In this document: piece by piece, positions 6,390 to 11,329 of the stretch
How the letters are laid out: each line of letters begins with the position of its first letter
Position numbering within the stretch: position 1 is the stretch's first letter
NCBI GenBank assembly: GCA_026014495.1
Contig: JAOZIF010000063.1
Location: 1 to 11,329, forward strand
Length of the DNA: 11,329 bases
Reading direction: 5' to 3'
From: Candidatus Bathyarchaeum sp.
GTDB lineage: Archaea; Thermoproteota; Bathyarchaeia; Bathyarchaeales; Bathyarchaeaceae
The notes under the pieces: generated by a model
The model's database searches: none
What the model saw: only the letters and a program-made list of their open reading frames with translations
Told to the model about the DNA's origin: nothing
Made by a program: the position numbers and the translations under genes

Positions 6390-7487
6390 CTATTTGCTAC
6401 GATTGCTGTTCCACAACCGCTTTTTGTAACTAACTGTAATAACTGTAATTACAAGCAACACACATAACATAAGAATCCATGAAAGAAATTCTGGGATGTA
6501 ACGTGTGGGGATGTATTGTTCGTTTACTGTGCAATACGTGATTGTCGGGTTTAGGGTTAACACGTCACGGGGAAATTCTGTGATGTATCCTCCAATCACA
6601 TATAATGTGTCATTTACTACAGCAACACCAGTATCAAATCGTCCTGTCGGCATAGAAGCACAAATTTCCCAAGTATTGGTTTTTGGATTATAGCTTTGAG
6701 TTGTGAAATTTCTTAGGGTTAGTTGCCAATAAGGCAAGTCAGCGTCAGCACCAAAAACATAAATTCGCTCGGAAGCAAACATGCCTGTTGTTGCTCCAGC
6801 AGACGCTAAAACCACAGGTGAAAGCGGAGCAGTTCCATAACTCCAGCTGTCATTTTCAACAGAATAAATTTGGGTCAGGTTTGAGGTTATAACGTATATT
6901 TTGTTGTCAACAACTGCTGAGGCATAGGATTCAACTGAAACGGGTATGGATATAGCATTGGACCATGTATCAGTAGCTGGGTCATAAACCTCGGTAACTG
7001 TTCCATTAGGATTTCCACCGATCAAGTATATTTTGTCATTCACAACGTTTGCTTGCATGTTCAGTCTAGGGTTTGACATAGGTGATTTGGTTTCCCATGT
7101 ATCCGTAGCTGGATCATACACCTCGGTTACTCCAGTTGCAGAAAAACCATCGGTGTACCCTCCTATACAGTAAATCTTGTTTTGGTAAACGGCTATGCCG
7201 AATGCGGATCGTGCAGTGGGCATTGATGATTTAAAAGTCCAAGTGTTTGTTGCTACGTTATATTCTTCCGTTATTGCGCTAAAGCCTTCTTGATTAGTGC
7301 CTCCTATTGCGTAGATTTTGTTATTGACCGCCACAACTCCTAAACCGCTTCTTGGTTGTTGCATCGGCGCTTTTGAGATCCAAGAGTTATTAACTATATC
7401 TTCAGAAGAAAAAACTGAGCTAACAAAAACTATGCATAATGCTACTAAAAACACAAGAATAAACAACACAGAGTTGTTTTTCTTCAC
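6390..7487 (-). CDS. Secreted, membrane-anchored kelch-repeat (beta-propeller) protein with a PEF-CTERM-like C-terminus
   Basis: Signal peptide (M)KKNNSVLFILVFLVALCIVFVSSVFS. About six blades (W..K.PM...R......V...KIY.IGG). C-terminal IPEF + hydrophobic helix + YKKR. GTG start at 7487 preferred (AAAGGGAA upstream) over the track's 7538. Confidence 0.88.
   Translation of the reverse strand: MKKNNSVLFILVFLVALCIVFVSSVFSSEDIVNNSWISKAPMQQPRSGLGVVAVNNKIYAIGGTNQEGFSAITEEYNVATNTWTFKSSMPTARSAFGIAVYQNKIYCIGGYTDGFSATGVTEVYDPATDTWETKSPMSNPRLNMQANVVNDKIYLIGGNPNGTVTEVYDPATDTWSNAISIPVSVESYASAVVDNKIYVITSNLTQIYSVENDSWSYGTAPLSPVVLASAGATTGMFASERIYVFGADADLPYWQLTLRNFTTQSYNPKTNTWEICASMPTGRFDTGVAVVNDTLYVIGGYITEFPRDVLTLNPTITYCTVNEQYIPTRYIPEFLSWILMLCVLLVITVITVSYKKRLWNSNRSK
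6963..7131. repeat. Intragenic kelch-blade nucleotide repeat (6963..6999 vs 7095..7131, 33/37 identical)
   Basis: Both copies encode VTEVYDPATDTW. Confidence 0.7.
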
Positions 7488-7519
7488 GGGCGTTCCCTTT
7501 AATGTACTGTGACGGCTTT

Positions 7520-7551
7520 GAATTAAGGGTTTTGCCAAGAAATCTTGACAA
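7520..7551 (-). promoter_or_regulatory. Candidate kelch-gene promoter (AAAACC-CTTAATTC) with an adjacent 20-bp imperfect palindrome
   Basis: TATA-like box 7520..7527 lies 32 nt upstream of the GTG. TTGCCAAGA-AA-TCTTGACAA at 7532..7551 has one mismatch in its 9-bp arms. Confidence 0.45.
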
Positions 7552-7607
7552 CAAAATAATAAATTGAATAAAAATAGAGGGAGGTTGTTATTGCGAGCTG
7601 CATCTAT

Positions 7608-8387
7608 TTAGGTTGTAGTAGCGTAAAGTGAATCTATTTGTACGCAATTGAAGTAGTCGGGGTAAGAATAAGAGTCGGGATATGGTGGTGGCGTCCAGAA
7701 TACAATGGAGTAACAACTATACAACGTTTCAGTGTTACCAATAAAAACATAAGCAGGCCAACTGTTCGTTATTGTTGCATTTCCTATGTAAGTCCATTGT
7801 AGAAACCCAGCGTTTATGTTGTTACTGGCGTACACCGTCACAAAGTTCTTCCAAGGGGGATCTGTGCCAGTATGGGTTCCTTTTTTAGCAAAAAGATAAA
7901 CGTTTCCTCCTGCAGATGAACTCATGTACCCCGCTACAAATGCTTCACCACCCATAGGAGTATCAGTATCTTCATTCCAACCATCAGTATGAAAATGTGT
8001 GTAACTGTAGTCGGACATACCTTCTACACGCGTAGGGTATTGAACATACACATAAGGCTCATAAGGGGAGACTATTTCAACTGAATCTAAGTAGGCGCCT
8101 GACTTTAAACCTGAAAAATCAAGAACATCGGCACCCTTTGCTATCACTTCTTGATTGTGCTTTATTTGTTCCAACCATTGAGTTCTTATTTTGTCCAATT
8201 CAGCCTCAGATAGGTTTTTGCCATACACGTCTAATAACCTCTCAAGAAAATCAGAGAGAACATAATGCTCTTTCTTATTACTGACTAAACTCGCACCAAC
8301 GACATTCAAGTTACAAGTTAACAAAAGAACCACTCCGAACGCAATGACAAATGAAAGATTCATTTTTCGTTTGCAATTTTTAATCAT
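7608..8387 (-). CDS. Hypothetical secreted protein (signal peptide, helical segment, aromatic-rich beta domain)
   Basis: 259-aa ORF with AGGAG 8 nt upstream of the ATG. Basic n-region and hydrophobic h-region ending VVGA-S. No recognisable family motif. Alternative ATG at 8363. Confidence 0.8.
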   Translation of the reverse strand: MIKNCKRKMNLSFVIAFGVVLLLTCNLNVVGASLVSNKKEHYVLSDFLERLLDVYGKNLSEAELDKIRTQWLEQIKHNQEVIAKGADVLDFSGLKSGAYLDSVEIVSPYEPYVYVQYPTRVEGMSDYSYTHFHTDGWNEDTDTPMGGEAFVAGYMSSSAGGNVYLFAKKGTHTGTDPPWKNFVTVYASNNINAGFLQWTYIGNATITNSWPAYVFIGNTETLYSCYSIVFWTPPPYPDSYSYPDYFNCVQIDSLYATTT

Positions 8388-8624
8388 TTTCTTTTCTCCT
8401 TTTTATTGGAAAGATTTCCATCTTTTCCATTTGTTCTCTTTTTGTCCCTCCTTCGGAACTAGGCGGTGACACGCCTCCGAAGCAGTTAGCCTCGGCTTCA
8501 GACTGTTTGTTAAAACGGTAGGTAGATTGTGTCTTCACTAGTAAGACAAACGCACAATTGAAAAGCAGTAACATGAAAGGTGTTTCTACCGCTTTATCTC
8601 CCATATATATAGCTATACAGTAAC

Positions 8625-8639
8625 AATATAAATTTTTTT
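8625..8639 (-). promoter_or_regulatory. Candidate BRE/TATA (AAAAAAA-TTTATATT) upstream of the secreted-protein gene
   Basis: A-rich element directly before TTTATATT. The predicted start site near 8604 implies a leader of about 215 nt. Confidence 0.5.
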
Positions 8640-8984
8640 ATAAAAAAACATTATTGGTCAATTAAATGTGGATATATAACATTTGAAGGGGTAATGTTTT
8701 AAAATAAATGTGTTTTTTCTATAATCTATGCAGTTTTTAGAAGCGCCAACCAATTCTCCAGAACCACAAAAGCATAAGTTCATTTTTCAAACGTTATCCA
8801 CGAATAAGTAATTCAAACCAGTTTCCATAGAAAGCCACAAACGGCTAGATTACTCATACACAACAAAAACCACGTAATTCACATTAACTAACGATAACTT
8901 GATTTAATGAACCGCTTTTTTCACATTTAAAGAAGAAACACGTATCCAAGCACTCAACTAGCTCCGATTATGTTGTTTTGCAAA

Positions 8985-9047
8985 GTTTTGTGAAGTTTAG
9001 GTAATAAGGTATGTTATGAGCGCAGCAATCATAGAAACAATTGTTGC
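8985..9047. repeat. Direct repeat copy 2 (3' end and stop of the intact DUF401 gene)
   Basis: gttttgtgaagtttaggtaataaggtatgttatgagcgcagcaatcatagaaacaattgttgc; identical core 8996..9017. Confidence 0.9.
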
Positions 9048-10208
9048 AGGTATCAAATATTTGTAGACTTTGTTTATTGAAGCTTTGAAGTATTGTACCG
9101 TGAACACAAAACACAGGTGTGTTGGGGCAACCATGTATCCAAGGTAAGCTGAAATGTAAAGTAGGCTCGCAGTTTTTGGAATAAACGCAACGGTTTCTGC
9201 TAGAATTGGGACGCTCAGGGCGATTGCTCCTGAAGTGGAGCCGATAAGAAATGCTAGAAGTGATGGAACAACTGAAAGCAGTATTATTGTGTCCATGTTC
9301 GTGTTTGCCAATGAACCACCTAGGATTTCGGAGGCGCCGGACGCTACGGTAACGTTTTTGAGCAGCATAGCGCCAAAGGCAGCTAAAGTGACTTCCCATA
9401 AGGGTTTGCTTTTCAACAGTTTTTGGAGTATTGTTGTTTTTGGTCTTGTTATCGCCAAGATTGTGATTACTCCTGCGAATGTTGCGATTGCGATGTCTAG
9501 GTTTAGTGCGGCTGTTAAAGCAACTGTAACTATTATTGGCAGAAACGAAGTTAGTAACAGTTTGAGGTCTGCTTTTGTGTTTGTTTGCGTTTGTAGATTG
9601 TCTGTTTTTGGGTTTTTGGTTTTTCTTAGTCCTATGAAGTAGCCGACTGCAATCATAACGAATACAACAAAAAGTTGTCTGACTATGAGCTCGTCGATGC
9701 TGACTTGGGTTAATGCAGCAGTTAAGACAATAAACTGAGTTACAGGATAAGCGGGTATAATGACGTGCCTAAACCAGATGTTTACAAAACATTTCTTTGA
9801 GGCATCAAGTCCTAGCTTGTCTGCTTCAGTATCCACCAAAGGCGCTGACATTAAGGCTCCGCCAGCAACAGGCATTAATCCGATGACTGCTGGAAGCACG
9901 CTGACTATGATTCTTGAGTTTTTGATGAAGCCGCCTAAGCTTGTGGTTAAATCGTTAACTAATCCTGTTTCCTTGTACAGGACACTCATGAGCATGATAA
10001 AGAAGCTGGCGAAAACAAGCGACAATGTGGTTGTTTCAGTAAGAGTATCCAGTAGTACGGTTCCTGTGTCCCAGAGTCCAAGGGATAAAAGGCTCATCAG
10101 AAACGCTGAAACAGTTAACGAAATGCCTAATCCTACTTTGCGATAAAGCATTACAAGAAAAAGGATAATTGAAACAACAAAAACAAGCAATGGATTAAAC
10201 AAGTTCAC
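8997..10208 (-). CDS. DUF401-family polytopic membrane protein (ion-transporter superfamily-like putative permease)
   Basis: 403 aa with about a dozen hydrophobic segments. Motifs LPAVIGLMPVAGGALMSAPLV, FVNIWFRHVIIPAYP and YLGYMVAPTHLCFVFTVQYF match my recollection of DUF401. GTG start. Confidence 0.85.
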   Translation of the reverse strand: MNLFNPLLVFVVSIILFLVMLYRKVGLGISLTVSAFLMSLLSLGLWDTGTVLLDTLTETTTLSLVFASFFIMLMSVLYKETGLVNDLTTSLGGFIKNSRIIVSVLPAVIGLMPVAGGALMSAPLVDTEADKLGLDASKKCFVNIWFRHVIIPAYPVTQFIVLTAALTQVSIDELIVRQLFVVFVMIAVGYFIGLRKTKNPKTDNLQTQTNTKADLKLLLTSFLPIIVTVALTAALNLDIAIATFAGVITILAITRPKTTILQKLLKSKPLWEVTLAAFGAMLLKNVTVASGASEILGGSLANTNMDTIILLSVVPSLLAFLIGSTSGAIALSVPILAETVAFIPKTASLLYISAYLGYMVAPTHLCFVFTVQYFKASINKVYKYLIPATIVSMIAALITYLIT

Positions 10209-10461
10209 ACGAAATACTTCCCATATCTGAAACAGAATACCTGTTGTCTCAACTAAAAAAAGTTAATCCAAATGACAAAGGTACGGGCAATAACGGGTTT
10301 TTAATACAGTAATGACAAAAATTGGAAAACCAAATATTATAATCAAAATAATTTTTGAGATTTCGCTTGTGTTTCTTTTTTGGTTACAACCTCATTTCGG
10401 TTGCCGTTTTTGTTATTTGCTATTTATTCGCCAAAATCCGCCAGTGTGACTTCCTGAACTT

Positions 10462-10626
10462 TTATTGTGTAGATTTGTTTAGTTCTTCGACTCTGTGTCT
10501 TACCGATTCCACCACAAACTCGGTTATGCTTCGGTAGCCTAAGTCTGCTCTAGCCCCAACTACCTCTCTCACTTTTTCGTATAACCCACAGGGAATATTC
10601 ACTGAATTATAGTCTTTTTTGGGCAT
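10462..10626 (-). CDS. Ribbon-helix-helix (CopG/Arc/MetJ-like) DNA-binding protein, 54 aa (not in the ORF track)
   Basis: Hand translation MPKKDYNSVNIPCGLYEKVREVVGARADLGYRSITEFVVESVRHRVEELNKSTQ*: beta-strand YNSVNIP, helix A, GYRS turn, helix B ITEFVVESVR. ATG start with AGGA upstream. Confidence 0.85.
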   Translation of the reverse strand: MPKKDYNSVNIPCGLYEKVREVVGARADLGYRSITEFVVESVRHRVEELNKSTQ

Positions 10627-10655
10627 TGTTTTGTTTTCCTTTTCGGATAAACTGG

Positions 10656-10663
10656 GTTATAAG
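10656..10663 (-). promoter_or_regulatory. Candidate TATA box for the RHH gene (CTTATAAC)
   Basis: TATA-like octamer ending about 30 nt upstream of the ATG at 10626. Confidence 0.4.
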
Positions 10664-10810
10664 GGTCAATAACGGCTTTGAAGCAGACTTTGCATGTTGT
10701 CTTCAAACAGTTAATGATAACAGTAGTGTTCATTTTTTCGTATTTTGGGTGCTTTTTGCATTTGTTTGTCAATGATGCGTCATCGCCCAGCATTTGCCTA
10801 TACCTTACAA

Positions 10811-10870
10811 GTACTATATGTACTATATGTAGTGGATGTCTTTAAAAAAGTAACTATGCATCGGAACTAT
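10811..10870 (+). promoter_or_regulatory. AbrB-gene promoter: TATA TTTAAAAA (10841..10848) surrounded by repeated ACTAT motifs
   Basis: The TATA box begins 28 nt before the ATG at 10869, which fits a leaderless transcript. Tandem GTACTATAT x2 at 10811..10828; ACTAT also at 10853 and 10866. Confidence 0.55.
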
Positions 10871-11033
10871 GGGATTTAATGTGCGTAAAGTCGTGGGCTC
10901 CAGTAAAATCACGAGAAAATTTCAGTTAACAATTCCGAGTGATGTTAGGAAACGGCACAATTTCAAGATGGGTGACTTGCTGTTATTCATAGAAGAAAAC
11001 GGAAAACTAGTGCTGTCTAAGAGCGAACTGTAA
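10869..11033 (+). CDS. AbrB/MazE/SpoVT-family swapped-hairpin DNA-binding protein, 54 aa (not in the ORF track)
   Basis: Hand translation MGFNVRKVVGSSKITRKFQLTIPSDVRKRHNFKMGDLLLFIEENGKLVLSKSEL*, matching the family pattern SKIT.K.Q.TIP..VR......GD.L.F......L.L. Confidence 0.88.
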   Translation: MGFNVRKVVGSSKITRKFQLTIPSDVRKRHNFKMGDLLLFIEENGKLVLSKSEL

Positions 11034-11329
11034 ATCTGTGAATTATACAAAAAACGTCCTCATTAACAAAACAAACAACAATTCAACATGTAGAGAATTC
11101 CAGTTATGAAGTGCCTTTTCACACATCTTCAAAGAACTTTGAAAAACCACATTTCTTAATTCTCTACCTGTTGAGTTGGTTGCTGCAATTTTAGCAGAAC
11201 ACTTCTTTCAGGATACAGGAGTTAATTAATTCAAGCATGGGCTCATACCGTGACTATGGTTGTTAACCAAAAATAAGGCTCTGTAATGTCAAAAACGGAA
11301 CTCATAAGTTTCAGGTTACCCAGATAGTA

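Noticed and set aside
7488-7538. Track's N-terminal extension of the kelch protein to 7538
   Set aside because: It runs through the probable promoter and would displace the signal peptide; GTG 7487 fits better.
8633-8648. Perfect 16-bp palindrome TTTTTTTATAAAAAAA
   Set aside because: Low-complexity AT sequence, explained as part of the promoter or terminator region.
8650-8984. AT-rich spacer searched for small ORFs, tRNA and CRISPR repeats
   Set aside because: Only short ORFs without recognisable features; no cloverleaf or regularly spaced repeats seen.
6229-9047. Calling the cassette an intact mobile element or provirus
   Set aside because: No integrase, transposase, replication or virion gene and no terminal inverted repeats; only the repeat scar is supported.
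6505-10146. Plus-strand ORFs 6505..6693, 7318..7512, 9235..9642, 9760..10146 and minus-strand ORF 8968..9399
   Set aside because: They are antisense to, or an alternate frame within, the kelch and DUF401 genes, with no recognisable motifs.
10355-10537. 60-aa plus-strand ORF
   Set aside because: It overlaps the RHH gene antisense and has no recognisable features.
10599-10793. 64-aa Cys-containing minus-strand ORF upstream of the RHH gene
   Set aside because: No clear zinc-ribbon spacing or family match, and it runs over the RHH promoter candidate and start. It cannot be fully excluded if the TATA box at 10841 is bidirectional.
10462-11033. Calling the RHH and AbrB genes a toxin-antitoxin system
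   Set aside because: No toxin ORF is adjacent, and the genes are divergent, not co-transcribed.
11034-11329. Possible minus-strand gene end at 11243..11329 (..YYLGNLKLMSSVFDITEPYFWLTTIVTV*) and Cys-containing fragments near 11110..11210
   Set aside because: Too short or truncated by the window edge to support a call, and the frames are interrupted by stops.

Overview
Archaeal chromosomal window; the gene set, the PEF-tailed kelch protein and frequent non-ATG starts suggest Bathyarchaeia (inference). Almost everything is on the minus strand. From right to left: (i) a divergent pair of 54-aa DNA-binding genes missed by the ORF track, RHH/CopG-like (10462..10626, -) and AbrB/MazE-like (10869..11033, +); (ii) a DUF401-type membrane protein; (iii) a ~2.7-kb accessory cassette encoding a secreted hypothetical protein and a kelch protein with a PEF-CTERM-like tail, bracketed by a 63-bp direct repeat (54/63 identical) that duplicates the 3' end of the DUF401 gene; (iv) the conserved archaeal cluster rnp4 - yhbY - rps19e - PDCD5-like - rpl39e - rpl31e - eif6 - rpl18a - pfdA - ftsY; (v) a two-domain glutamine-dependent NAD+ synthetase. 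Main oddities: rpl39e (also missed by the track) can only start at ACG, pfdA probably starts at CTG, 10 of 16 CDSs have a non-ATG best start, and eL31 has a long, extremely acidic N-terminal extension. I saw no tRNA, rRNA, CRISPR array, integrase or transposase. All alignments and counts were done by eye.
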